Below are positions 36,524 through 56,015 of a stretch of DNA of 64,000 nt, in pieces. The number at the start of each line of letters is the position of its first letter. Position 1 is the first letter of the stretch. The notes beneath the pieces were generated by a model. It was given only the letters and a program-made list of their open reading frames with translations, made no database searches and was not told the origin of the DNA. This stretch comes from the human T2T-CHM13v2.0 reference genome, Homo sapiens, in NCBI RefSeq assembly GCF_009914755.1, contig NC_060936.1. One strand, written 5' to 3'. The translations under genes and the position numbers were made by a program.

Positions 36524-36697
36524 TGAGTAGCTGGGACCACAGGTGCCCACCACCACGTGCAACTAAATTTTGTATTTTTAGTAGAGACGGAGTTTCACTA
36601 TATTGTCCAGGCTGGTCTCGAACTCCTGACCTTATGATCCGCCGACTTCAGCCTCCTAAAGTGCTAGGATTACAGGCGTGAGCCACTGTGCCTGGCC

Positions 36698-37640
<943 letters not shown>

Positions 37641-38496
37641 GGGACCCTAATCTTGAGGAGCTTCCTCACAGATGTGTGCTGACCAGTACCTGCATAAGGG
37701 ATGGAGGGATCCATTCACTGCAGATCCGCAGAGTTCTCCTTCCCCCACTCCTCTTCAGCACTGTGTTCTGCAAACCCTGGCTGCATTGGCCTCCCCATAC
37801 TCCCGACAATGTCTCCTCAACTCATTGACAACCCAAGTATATTCTCTATGCTGTAGTCTGGAAACTCTAGGCAGGAAGCTGGGTCAATCATTAGGCTCAC
37901 TTCATTTGTTTTCCTGCTCTCAGGGATTACTGCTCTGTTCTGTTATTCAATGTCTGAAAACCATTGTTTCAAATACATATTTTTTGCTGTTTTAGTTATT
38001 TAAGGCAAGAGAGTTAATCTGGTCCTGTTACTCCATCTTTTTTACAGAAAGTACTAGGTGTGAGGGCAGGGTTGGGGTGGCAAGTAATTTAGAACTATTT
38101 GTCACAAATAAGCATTTTGGCACAACAGCAAAGCTGGTAAGTGCGCCTAATATGATCACTGCTCCCCACCATCAGATATGTGCTTTTTACGCCTTTTAAA
38201 GTGGTAACATTGAGCTCATGCACAATTACATAATGCAAAGTACTAGACATGCTATTTCATAAAAATAAAGAGCAAAAGTATATATTAGCTCCCAAAATTA
38301 TATTTGGTGATTTATGCTTCAGTATTTTATCTTACTTCAAAATTACCCAGCCATCCAAAGATTATCTATTAATTAATTCAATTTACTATAGTCCAAAGAC
38401 TTAATTTAACTAAAGATTTTAGGTATTATGCTTAATCTAACACATTACAAAATATAATTAATGCTGATATAAAAACATGTATCAGAATTATAATTC

Positions 38497-38790
38497 AGCC
38501 AGGCGCAGTGGCTCACACCTGTAATCCCAGCACTTTAGGAGGCTGAGGGGGGTGGATCACTTGAGTTCAGGAGTTCAAGACCAGCCTGAGAAACATAACA
38601 AAACCTTATCTCTACTAAAAATACAAAAATTAGCTGGGCATGGTGGCACGTGCCTGTGGTCCCAACTACTCGGGAGGCTGAGGTGGGAGGATCACCTCAG
38701 CCTAAGGAGGTTGAGGCTGCAGTGAACTGAGAGTGCACCAGTGCACTCCATCTTGGGTGACAGAGTGAGACCTGCCTCAAAAAAATAAAG
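38497..38790 (+). mobile_element. Alu (AluJ-like)
   Basis: Sense dimer; aattataattcag on both flanks. Confidence 0.93.
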
Positions 38791-39864
38791 AAATTATAAT
38801 TCAGTGTCATTGATTGTATTATTTTATCTTTTCAGTATTCTTAAACATTATGTGGGGTATAATGTTATCTGATCTATAAATAGTATAAGTTTAGGAAGCT
38901 CAGATTAACTAGTCTCTTCATTAGAAAACAAACTCAATCTTATTTTTAAAAATTATATGTTTGTATTATACTCCATACTGATAAAATTGAGGAAAGACAA
39001 TGCTGTTTTTTAAAACATTATCAAACTAATTTGTCTAAGGATTCTGGTGATCTTTGAACTCAGCTTCCTATATCAAAATGCTCCTGAGCAAAACCTTCTA
39101 TGAGAATACTTTGTTATTTTTTTTTTCTTGGCACTTCCTGAGTAGTGTATTACAAGTTTCATTTCTTTATTTTCAAGGACTTCTAGGAATATTAAATTTA
39201 TATAAACATTTAGTATTCCCCATAAACCAATAAAATCAGAGCTCTTTATTAAAAAATCATAATCTAATTTATTAATACTTTATACCCTAATTTACTAATA
39301 TTTCATCTTCCATCCAAAAGAGGTAAAGGCTGTTTCAATTGCAGACACATGGACATCAGAGAGCACGCAGTTCAGTTCTATAATCTCATCCACAGGTCAA
39401 AAGTCAGCTTGGTAACACAATAACACTCTGGCCAGATCTCAAAGAGTTGTTCTCCTTTTCAGTGAGCATTAAATATTGTTTTAATTGGCTTGCATTCACA
39501 ATAGACAAACAGAAACAAAAAAGACTAACAAACCATATTTTCTGTTTGTCATATTTCACCCAATGGAAAATAGTTCCTCATCATCCTAAGAGAGATCACC
39601 AAGGGGACAGGCAATAAAACCAGACTCTTAATTATTGCTGCCAACAGTGAGGAATTAATTATCAGTCGTGTTCAGAACCCAGAGAGCCTCAGGTTCTCGT
39701 ATACATAGCGGGTGCCTGATGACCAGTCTGGTAGTGCATTACACACAACTTCCTTGAACATGCTGTAGAAAAAGACATGGCTCACACCACTATTTTCTAA
39801 GAACACATGAATATATGAGGTGCTCTCTTGATTATGAAGCCAAGACTGGCCTAGTGGTTCATTA

Positions 39865-40605
39865 GCAGAGGTGTGCTGTGGCCGGGCCCCACTGGCTCAT
39901 GAGAGACTATTGTGCTCAGCTCTTCCTAACTGTGCATTCAGTGATGTCACATTGGTAGGTTAAAAGAGTCCATGTTACCAGTATTGATAGCACAGAATTT
40001 AATAAATGTTGAAAATCGGCCCCTCTCGCCACCTCAAAGTGAAGCAGCTGTGTTGTCTGGGATGACACCTGAAGTTCTTGGTTTCACAGCCAAGGAAATC
40101 AAGGATGTGGACACACCAAGGGTGAAGTTTAGAACAGAAATTTAATAGGTGAAAGAAAGAACAGCTTTCTGCAATAGAGAGGGGTCTTGGAAAAGGGTCG
40201 CCTTTTTTTTACAGTTGAATGCAAAGGCTTTTATAAGAAACCCATGAGGGCTGGGCATCTCATTTGCATAAGGTGCAAACTTCTGGGGGCCCCACCCCAT
40301 CCTCCTAATGCACATGCAGGCCCTTAGCTTGAGTTACTCTATATTCCTTTGTTCCCCTTACTGTGCACGTGTTAGGGGATAGAATTTTCCATTGCAGGCA
40401 TACCTGGGCAAGTCACTCGAGTAGCCTTTCTTATCTGTGGGCAAGTCTTAGGCTAGCCCCCGTAAGCTCCCTTATCTGTGCCTGCAGGCTGTTCTTTTGT
40501 TTGAAATAATTCAACTGAGGACCCACCCTAACTGCCTGCCTGACTGGGTTTTTTCCTTTCTCCTCTCACGAAAGAACCAATTGTTAAACATTTACCTGCA
40601 TATTA
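39865..40605. mobile_element. MER63-like hAT DNA transposon split by an LTR
   Basis: gtgtgctg...ttcagtgatgtcacattggtag...ttgttaaacatttacc matches recalled MER63. Confidence 0.65.
40040..40568 (-). mobile_element. MER61-like ERV1 solo LTR
   Basis: TG...CA ends; contains p53-type half-sites and an octamer, as expected for the family. Confidence 0.7.
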
Positions 40606-41026
40606 TTTTTTTTTACGCACTAGTTCCTGAATCTGGGTAATGGAAAAAGAAATGGCCCAAATCACAAATTAGAAAAGACAGATTAATAGAGTTGTCCAAC
40701 AAAGTAAACAAAAACAAAAACATGGAATGTTAAAAAAAAAAAAAGGAAGGAGGGGAACAGTCAGCCAACTCAAACTTGTGTTGCCACATACCTGGATTTC
40801 AGCAACCCATAAGGTAAATTTTTAGTCAGTTTAATTGTCTCAGCCAAGTGAGTCTACCTGGACATTTCAGTGAGACCTCCAAACTGGTTTTAAAGTATAA
40901 ATTGCAAAAACTAGTAACATGACTCTCACATACATATAGAATGAATATGTGTCAAAAAATTTATTCAATTTATCAATGAGAAAGCCAACAAGGGATTCAA
41001 GCTCATTCAAAGACGTATAGAAGAAA

Positions 41027-42817
41027 TTTTGCATAAATATAACCAAGGCACCATTCCAAATATATCTGGTCAACCATTAAAAGCATTCTCCCAAGTCTCA
41101 CTTAGTTTTTGCCCTTCCTAGCGCCTTTGATAGCCATCTTGTTATTACTAATCTGGTCCTTGCTTGTTTAATCTCTTGGTAAAAGTCTGTGTCTTCTAGA
41201 TTACAACAATTCCAGATAAAGATGATGCTAACGCAAGGCTTCTAACACATCCCATCTTCTGAACCAAGAAATAAAGATATCCTGCCTTTCGGTCCCTTAG
41301 ATCAGGCATCCAGAGATTTTTACACCTCCAATACTAGGCAAGGCCTACGCCCATCAAATCATCAGGCCATCACACAAACAAGAAGCTCCCCTGCCTCCCT
41401 AGAGGCTGACTGCAAGCTCTTATGAGAGAATCCTGTCTCTAAGGTCAATGTTCACTGACAGCAGGAAGAAGTTACAGAAGAATGACCTTCAGCTGGGTGT
41501 GGTAGCTCACATCTGTAATCTCAACACTTTGGGAGGCCGAGGCAGGAGGATCTCTTGAGCCCTCAAGTTCAAGACCAGCCCAGGCAACATAGCGAGACCC
41601 TGTCTCTACAAAAAATACAAAAATTAGCTAGGCATAGTGGAGTGTGACTTTGATCCCAGCTACTCAGTAGGCTGAGGTGGGAGGACAGCTTCGGCCCAGG
41701 AAGTCAAGGCTGCAATGAGCTGTGATCGCGTCACTGCACTCCAGCCTGGTTGACAGAGCGAGACCTTGTCTCTAAAAACAACAACAGCTTACATCTGTAA
41801 TCCCAGCACTTTGGGAGGCCAAGGCAGGTGGATCACTTGAAGTCAGGAGTTTGAGACCAGCCTGGCCAACATGGTGAAACTCTATCTCTACTAAAAATGC
41901 AAAAATTAGCCAGGCATGGTGGCAGGTGCCTGTAATTCCAGCTACTCGGGAGGCTGAGGAAAGAGAATTGCTTGAACCAGGCAGAGAGGCAGAGGTTGAA
42001 GTGAGCCAAGATCGCGCCACAGCACTCCAGCCTGGACGACCCAGTGAGAGTCTGTCTCAAAACAAACAAACAAACAAAACCAAAAACAAAAAACAAAAAA
42101 ACTAGCAACAACAACAACATCAACCTTTGTCCTTCATCTCCCTTTAAGATGAAGAATTGTCTCATAAGTAGAGGGGGGATTATGTTAAGGAGGCAAGAGC
42201 ATAGGAGAGCCAAGGTGACACCATTTTACAATCAACTCCATCTTAAAACCAGCAAGGTGCAGTCCTTGCCAGTGAGAACCCATGATTATAAGATGTTTAC
42301 AGCTAAAGAAATAGCTTAATAATGTCTGTAAGGACTGGTTCCCAAGACAATGGGTCACATGACCCTACTGATAAGACAGGTAGTAAACCTGTTGTTTAGG
42401 AGATAGTAAACAACAGGTAACAAGACTCTGCTGCTAAGAGAAGAGACAGTAAAGAAACCAGCCCAAACCAGCCAGAACCAAGAAGGTGATGACAGCAACC
42501 TTCACTGCTCATTTTACGCTAATTATAATGCATCAGGATACTAAAAACACTCCCACCAGTGCCATGACAATTTGCAAATGCTGTGGCAACGTCCAGAAGT
42601 TACCCTATATGGTGAGGATGGGGGAGAAACCCCAGGTTTGGGGAGCTCCTCTGCCCTTTGCCAGAAAACTCATGAATAATCCACCCCTTGTTTAGCATAT
42701 CATCAATAAATTGCAATAAAATAGCCAACTAGCCCCCTCCCACCCTGCTCTGCCTATGGAGCGGCCCTTTTTATTACTTTACTTTTTAATAAACTTGCTT
42801 TCACCTAAAAAAAAAAA
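41027..42817 (+). mobile_element. Processed retrocopy of an ERV1 transcript: env TM remnant, PPT, MER41-like U3-R, poly(A); contains two Alus (41491-41785, 41787-42120)
   Basis: env-like translation 41067-41245; PPT 42170-42179; LTR from 42183; AATAAA 42788-42793; A11 42807-42817; TSD GTATAGAAGAAA at 41015-41026 and 42818-42829. Confidence 0.82.
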
Positions 42818-43305
42818 GTATAGAAGAAACAGAAATATTTATAGTCAATGAAAGAAAGAATGCAAAAATACGATTGCAAAGTTAGATACAAAGTAGTCAA
42901 TTTCCTACAGGGCCTATTGGAAAATAAATATTTCATTAGCTATGAAAGCTGTAAATAATAGCTGTAATTATTATCTCACTTGAACAATCTTGTTTAAAGA
43001 GTCTGTTTCTTGTATCTTCACTTTGTGTGAGCTGGACCCTGGCAAAGAAGAAAAGGAAAATATTCATTCTGACATAGGTTCCTACCCCTGAGAAAAGAAA
43101 AAAATTAGCTTCTAATAATGTTAATGTTAATTGGGATGTCCTATACAAAAATGATGTCATAGCTATTTTTCCTTGTAGATGTATCTGGTTTCTGTTATTA
43201 CCAGTGACTGAGATTATAGAAAAATATGGAATAGACCAGTGTTTATCAAAATTTGAACTCACACACAAAGAATGTGTTAGCTTTAGCAACACTTTACTAA
43301 AAGCT

Positions 43306-43698
43306 GTATTAGTCCATTCTCGCACTGTTATAAAGAACTACCTGAGACTGGGTAATTTATAAAGAAAAGAGGTTTAATTGACTCACAGTTCTGCAGTCTG
43401 TACAGGAAGCATGGCTGGGGAGGCCTCAGGAAACTTACAATCGTGGCAGAAGGGGAAGGGGAAACAGGCAAGTCACGTCCTACAGGGTTGGAGCAGGAGG
43501 AAGAGAGGGGAGATGCTACACACTTTCAAACAACCATATCTTGTGAAACTCTATCACGAGACAGCCCTAGGGAGACAGTGCTAAACCATCCGAAACTACC
43601 CCCATGATCCAATCGCCTCCCACCAGTCCTCACTACCAATGTTGGGGATTACAATTCAACATAAGATTTGGGTGGGGACACAGACCCATACCATATCA
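43306..43698 (-). mobile_element. MST-type MaLR solo LTR
   Basis: tgtattagtccattc...accatatca. Confidence 0.92.
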
Positions 43699-43819
43699 AA
43701 AATTAAAACATTGTTACTTAAGGTGAATCCTTCAATAACGTGATTATAAATACACACTTAAATGTGGGCACTGAAATCACGATAGTTTTTGGCCACAAGA
43801 TGGTCATTAGAAAATGTAG

Positions 43820-44167
<348 letters not shown>

Positions 44168-44996
44168 CCCAAGTGTGTTGCCTTTAAGTGGCGTGTTTTT
44201 CCAAAGACTGAAAGCCTTTTCCAAATTCCAAAGTTTGAAATTTGTCCCCTCCTACATGGCTGTTAGAGTCCTGGGAAATTGTTTATTAAATGATGCACAA
44301 CATATTTTGAGTTTAGATATAAAAAGGAATTAGGTTCTGGACTCAGGTAATTACACTTTTTCCACCTCCATGGCTTTCTGGTGAGACGTTGGAACACCAG
44401 CCTATTTATCATGCAGTTAACAGCCTACGAGTCTAAATTTTAATGTGTAACTAGCAGAACAAGTGCAAATTTTCTGAAGATATAGGTGAGCATGAGGGGC
44501 CCCTCAAAATTTGCTGTCTCAGCTCTTCAGTTGTAAAATATTTAGAATTTTTGGGAAAAGCTAATGAATGTGGAGGTATGTTGGTGAGGATGTTTTGGAA
44601 AGAGGCAAATTGGACATACATCCTGCTTAAGTTCCTATTTAACAAGACAACGATGACCCAGGGAAAATTTTTGGTTGTTGTAATTATTCACCTTTTAAGA
44701 CATAATAATGTGTTAATTTCTCAGGAAAGCCAATCCTGGTTCTAGCCAGATGAATTATTCCACTTAACACTTGTTTATGGCAGTTTTCACAATAGTAATT
44801 TAAATAATTACTTATATAATTTTATTTGAAACCTGTCCCCTAAAAAAAAAAAACCTGTCCCTCCATTGTACTGAAGGCAGCAGGAGGGGTAAGACAATAG
44901 TATTATCAGTGCCTAGTACAGTGCCTGGCACATAGATGAACCCAATGTTTTTGCAGAATGAATAGACAAATATCAGAAGCATTATAAAATTAATAA

Positions 44997-45389
<393 letters not shown>

Positions 45390-45469
45390 ATTCATACACT
45401 CTTATAAAGAGAGCCGCTGCTCCCAGATCTGTCCTATTGGTGCCTTTTAAGGTAGGCTTGTGTCATAAT

Positions 45470-46065
45470 GAGACAGAACTGGAGTGAGATGCGGCTCTTC
45501 TTTTGCCTATTTTTTTCTTTTTTTTTCCTTCTCTTTTCAAAACCTCCTTTACACTACTACCTTGCTGACGCTGTACCTGCTAACCCTGAGGCTTTAGTCA
45601 TAAAAGGAAACTAGCCAGTCCTCTGTGCTCTCATAGTGTCTAACCAGGCCTGTTACTTAAAGAACTCCAGAAACTGTCATTAGGAGAGCCAAACAGCAAA
45701 CCAAGGTTGTGGAGTGTCCCACCTTGGAAAGCAATGCTGAACAATTGATTTATAGCCTTGTTGCTGCCAGCCAGACCACAGATGGCCCATTACTCAAGAT
45801 AACTATGGCAACCAGATATGCTGACCTGCACACTCTAACCCACCCTAGCCTTGCTTACCCTACCCCTGATGTCAATTCCCACACTTTGCCTCATAAAAAA
45901 TCCCTACTGGCTCTTTTCAGGCTGCCAGCCAGAGAACCCTTGTGCCTCTACTGCCTCCCTTGTGCTTGAGCACAAGCCCCAAAGTAGAGCCTTGTCTGGG
46001 AAACGTACTTGGTCCCGTGTTAATTTCCATTACACAGGGAGCCTAAGAGCCTGTGGGTCTGTAAC
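45470..46065 (+). mobile_element. Solo LTR, family unresolved
   Basis: TG...taaCA ends and LTR-like motifs (gatggcccattactcaagataac, TATA-like cataaaaaa). Confidence 0.5.
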
Positions 46066-46209
46066 AAAAATTAAATACTTAGGGAGAGAACGCGTCTGAA
46101 AACACTTGTTGCAAAATTCAAGCTGCTGGGGCTCTTTCAGGAACCTTCCTTCTCTTCAGCTTATGTCACCCAGGCATGATTATTTAAACTAAAGTTTAAA
46201 CTAGAATAC

Positions 46210-46923
<714 letters not shown>

Positions 46924-47496
46924 GTTAAAAACCTGTTAATGAATGGCAATGGCACTACTCAGACTACTAAGATGAAAAAGACAAGCTGCTCTCCAAGAGC
47001 TTATCAGGTAATGGAGATAGATATGTGCAGAGACCTCTCTAATAGATGGCAGGATTTAATACCTGCTGAAAAATGAAGCAAAGTGTTCTAGAAGGTTAGG
47101 AAAGAGAGATATTTGTGCTTTTAGCTCAAGACATTTGATACTTTACTTGCTGAAAAAAACTTGAATAACTTAATTTTGGCTGACATTCATTGAGCACTAC
47201 CTCCGTGGCAGGTACCATTTTAAGCACTTTATACGTTTTAAGTTATGAAATGTTTACAGAACCTCTTAATATTGGTAGCATTATCATTGTTGTTTTACTG
47301 ATGATTAATTTGAAGCACAGAAAGGTTAAGCAACTTGCCCAGAGTCACACAGCCAGAAAGTATTAATAGCATAACTGAGATCTGAAACCAGGCATTGCAA
47401 GTCAGGACTTTCACCACCATGCTCTGCCACTAAGGAAGAAAGGAAGTTGCAGGAGGAAGTGGAATCAGAGAACTCCATATGAAAAAACTGGTCTTT

Positions 47497-47783
47497 GTGT
47501 TTTGTTTTGTTTTGCTTTTTGAGACAGGGTCTCGCTCTGTTGCCCAGGCTAGAGTGCAGTAAAACAATTACGGCTCACTGCAGTCTCAACCTCCTGGGCT
47601 CAAGCGATCCTCCCACCTCAGCCTCCCATGTAGCCACCATCCCTGGCTAATTTTTAAATTTTTTGTGGAGACATGGTTTCACTTTGTTACCCAAGATGGT
47701 CTCAAACTCCTGGGCTCAAGCAGTCCTCCTACCGTGGCCTCCCAAAGAGCTGGGATTACAGGCATGAGCCACGAAGCCTGGCC
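47497..47783 (-). mobile_element. Alu (AluJ-like)
   Basis: Antisense dimer; aactggtcttt TSD. Confidence 0.92.
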
Positions 47784-48164
47784 AAGAACTGGTCTTTAAA
47801 CAGAGTCTCCCCATAAAAGCAGAATCCTATGTTAAAGGAGTAATTCCTTTTATGCAAAATGGCAGGAAAATGTCTGCATCTACAGAAGTCCTACATCATT
47901 ATTATTTTTCACTCATGTCATAACCTCCACTGAGGGGGTTTATGGGAAATTTGGAACGCCAGTGAAAAGTAAGGTAACAGATTACTGTAATTCACATCAC
48001 AGTTCTAGAAAGTGAACCCCCCGAAGGCATTCCTGAGGTCTCATTCATTTTTGTAGTCTCAGTTCCAAGAGATAAGAAAAAACTCTTATATTATGTACAC
48101 ATCTGTGTCAGAGAGTAAGTAACCAGCATTTTCTGATATCGGGCAATCTTTTTATAATAGAATG

Positions 48165-48350
48165 AAGCTCTGTAAAGTAAAACTTTCTGTGATAGATAGT
48201 TCTATATTCTACACTGCCCAATATGGTCACTAATGGCCACATATGGCTGTGGAGCACTTGAAATGTGGCTTGTGTGACTGAGGAACTGAATTTTAAATTT
48301 TATTTAGTTTTAATTAATTTAAATTTAAATAGCCACACATGGGCAGCACG
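48165..48350. mobile_element. MER3-like hAT DNA transposon
   Basis: gagcacttgaaatgtggct...gactgaggaactgaattttaaatttta. Confidence 0.8.
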
Positions 48351-48612
48351 GATTGCTATATGGATTTGAGTTCTTCCAAAACCTCTGGTGTGGTTCCAGA
48401 TAATGGGTGGTGTGTGGACTGGGCAATAATCCACTGATGGGTCAGTGTAGAACAAGCAGGATCTGCTTTTAGTCTGGAAGTGACTGTCACAGCAATTCCT
48501 CAAGCTTAGGAAATATAAAGGTGGAATGCATAGGTTTGAGAACATATTTAATTCCTGTTTAATTAACTAATTTTTGCCACTTGGGAAAACACTTTTAAAA
48601 ACAGGCAGCATT

Positions 48613-49013
<401 letters not shown>

Positions 49014-49072
49014 TTAGATTGTCACTGTGTTTGTTCTAGAACAGAACAGGCTGCCTATATAATGATGTGAAG

Positions 49073-49366
49073 GGGCAAGAGCGGTGGCTCACGCCTGTAA
49101 TCCCAGCACTTTGGGAGGCTAAGCTGGGGCAATCTCTGGACTCTAGGAATTTGAGACCAGCCTGGGCAACATGGAGAGACCCCATCTCTACAAAAAGTGC
49201 AAAAAATTAGCCAGGGATGGTGGCATTTGGTCCCAGCTACTTGGGAGGCTGAAGTGGGAGGAACGTTTGAGCCTGGGAGGTCGAGGATGAGTGAGCTGTG
49301 GCTGTGCCCCTGCACCTCAGCCTAGGAGACAGAGCAAGACCTTGTCAAAAAAAAAAAAAAAAAAAA
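49073..49366 (+). mobile_element. Alu (AluJ-like)
   Basis: Sense dimer. Confidence 0.9.
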
Positions 49367-49399
49367 GGCCATGAAGGAATTTTCTAGGTTTAGATGTTA

Positions 49400-49790
49400 C
49401 CATTGTGTCCATCTCACTCCCCCTAAATTTATACCTTGAAGCCCTAACCACCAATGCAACTGTATTTGGAAATAGAGGCTGTAGAGAGGTAACTATGGTT
49501 AAACGAGGTCATAAGGGCGGGGCCCTCATCCTCTGGGACCGCTGTCCTTATGAGAAGAGGAAGAGATCTTAGACAGCTTTCTCTCCACTCGCCACAGAGG
49601 AAAAGACATAGGATGACACAGCAAGAAGGCCACCATCAGCAAGCCAAGCAGAAAGGACTCGCCAGGAACCAAGGCAGCTGGCACCATGATTTGGGACTTC
49701 CAGCCTCCAGAGCTGTGAAAAAATACATTTCTGTTGTTTAAGCTGCCCACACTGAGGTATTTGTGATGGCAGCCAGGGCTGACTAATCCA
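49400..49790 (+). mobile_element. MLT1-type MaLR LTR
   Basis: tgaagccctaacc...gtatttggaaatag...ggacttccagcctccagagctgtga. Confidence 0.85.
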
Positions 49791-50459
49791 CATGTTAACC
49801 TCTATATTCAAGGATAGCTGAATTCTGCCTTTTTAGCTTTCTAGAATGAACTTTCTGCATTAACACTAAAAATTCAATATGGAAGAACCCTGCTTAAAGC
49901 ATGGATATGTGGACACACACACACATCCCAAAAAGGCTTTATTTTGGAAATTTCGGAAGTTGAAGAAAAGTAAAATATCATCCACAATTTCACTACTCAG
50001 AACCTTCTTTGTTCCTAATTTGGATATTACTTTTGGGGCTTTTCTTCCTGTTGTCTATATATTTGAGATAATAGTGTATATAATTTGTTTTTATTCACTT
50101 AAAACCTCAATTTTTAAATTTAAAGACAATTTTTGTACTATTCTTACGTTATCAGTTTTGGATACTCCCTTTCTTTGAGTCGTACTTCAGTGTTCATGGA
50201 AGATCAACTTCTCTGAAGTCTGTGAAGCAGAAATGCCACAATAGCCTTTTGAACTGCCAGAGAGGGCTTTATTAAGTCAACAAAATACTTTCTCAGCTTT
50301 GAGTTACTGTGCAGTGGGATTCAACATAGACATGCCACTTGACTGGATTTTCTATTTTGAGCCTCATGTAAGTTAGAAAAATATGTAAGTTCAACCATTT
50401 TCTTTTTATTATATCCTTCACTTATTCTTTTATTTGTAGCCATACATTTTCAAAATTAG

Positions 50460-51155
<696 letters not shown>

Positions 51156-52413
51156 TAATTTACTTTAAAAATTTTAGTGTCGTTGGCATATCATTATATA
51201 CATGCCAACTAGTTTAAGCTATAACTCTAGGGGCAACCAGCTGACCTGCCGTCAAAGATGTGTTCCAACATGGTCATCTGACACTGCACAGAAGAGGCCA
51301 GGCCCAGATGATTCCTGCAAGGTTCTCCACTATCCCATCCCCTCCACCAACCAGGCTTTGGTTAATTGCACATTGGATGTCAAAAATGGGTTTTATTGGC
51401 AGAACTAGTGTCTGTATATTATTAGGAGGGTAGATGTTGGAAACTGACTATCATTGGTGAAAATAATATTCTCTCTCTATACGTGTATAGGCAAAATAAT
51501 TGAGGGACACTCCCTAAATCAGGTCACAATCTATGGTAGGGTGGGTTGGCCCCAGAGATGCCTGTCTTTCTGTAATCTCTTAAGTGTGGGCTGAATTTAG
51601 TGACTTGATTATAATGAATAGAATGTAGCGAGTGATGAAATGTCACTTCCAAAATTAGGTTTCAAAAGACTATTGCTATTTTTGCACACTCTTTCTTTCT
51701 CTCCCCTCTTCTCTCTCTCTCTTTTTCTGTCTCCTTCCCTTGGAGCATTCATCCTGGGGGAAGCCAACTGCCAAACAGTGAGGCAACCCTGCAGAGATGC
51801 CCATGTAGAAAGGGATTGAGACCTGCCAATAATCATGGGAGTGATCTTGGAAACAGAACCATTTAGCTAACAGTACCAGATTTTTAAGCCACAGAAACTG
51901 AGAGTATGAGTGTTTATTGATCTAGACCTCTAAATCTTGGGGCGATTTGCTTCACATTAGTAGATAATAAAAATGGGTAAGACATAGAGAAACTATTCAG
52001 TGTCTGATATGTTTTTGGCAATAATATAGCTAACATCTCAGAGTACCTGATATGTGCTAAGCAGTGTTCTATGTATTTTACACATAGCAATTCATTTTAA
52101 CCTAACTTTGATCCTATTATATCACCATTTTACAGATAAGGAACTGCTATAGAGAGGTTAAGTCACTTGGCCAAAGGCAAAGTTTGGAGGAAAACCTAGG
52201 CAATCTAGATTTTGAGTCCATGCTCTTAACCCCTGCTATGCTGCTCCTCGCAGTCCATTATGGCAGATGGAGTGAATCAAATTCTGTTAAAAGGCCATTA
52301 TGGGAAGGGGTGGACAGGTGCAAGAACAGAGACAAAAAGTTGAAAAAGTTCACCGAAAACTAAATTTAAATTCATTAAGAATAATCTATATTAATTATGT
52401 TACCTATTCCCTA

Positions 52414-55147
<2,734 letters not shown>

Positions 55148-55633
55148 CCCGATTCCCACTCAGAACAACTAGCAGGCTATGAAGAAATCTGCCTCTATTG
55201 GCAGGGAAGGGCACTTTTCAAAGGAGGTATATAGCCCAAGTGATAGATACAACAGATATGCCCATCCGTGCTCTTTTGTGATGCTGTATGTTCTGACATT
55301 TCCACCCCAACTGATTTACTCAAGAGAAATAAACTCACCAACAATTTGATCCATATGGCCCTCCTTCAAGATAAAATAAAATATATTATTGTTATTTTTC
55401 ACAAACAAATAATGAAAGTCATAGACTACTTTGTTTTATTTGTCTTCCTTTCCATAGTGACTTCCATGTGCCTATATCTGGCATTTAGAATGGTGTGAAG
55501 AAAGAAGGCCCCTGGGAGTCTCAGCGAGCCTAATACGCTGCACCCCAGTTCTGCCTCTGCAGATGACACCAAGAGATTCCTGGTGTCTTTACTCTGAGCA
55601 CTGTCTGGTCTGATCAGTAAAAAACATAAGTCC

Positions 55634-56015
<382 letters not shown>

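Noticed and set aside
41067-41245. Functional env / syncytin-like gene
   Set aside because: Only a short TM remnant with an in-frame stop and frameshifts.
42630-42670. Interferon-gamma (STAT1 GAS) enhancer in the MER41-like LTR
   Set aside because: At the positions where MER41B carries tandem TTCNNNGAA, this copy reads tttggggag and ttgccagaa; neither fits the GAS consensus.
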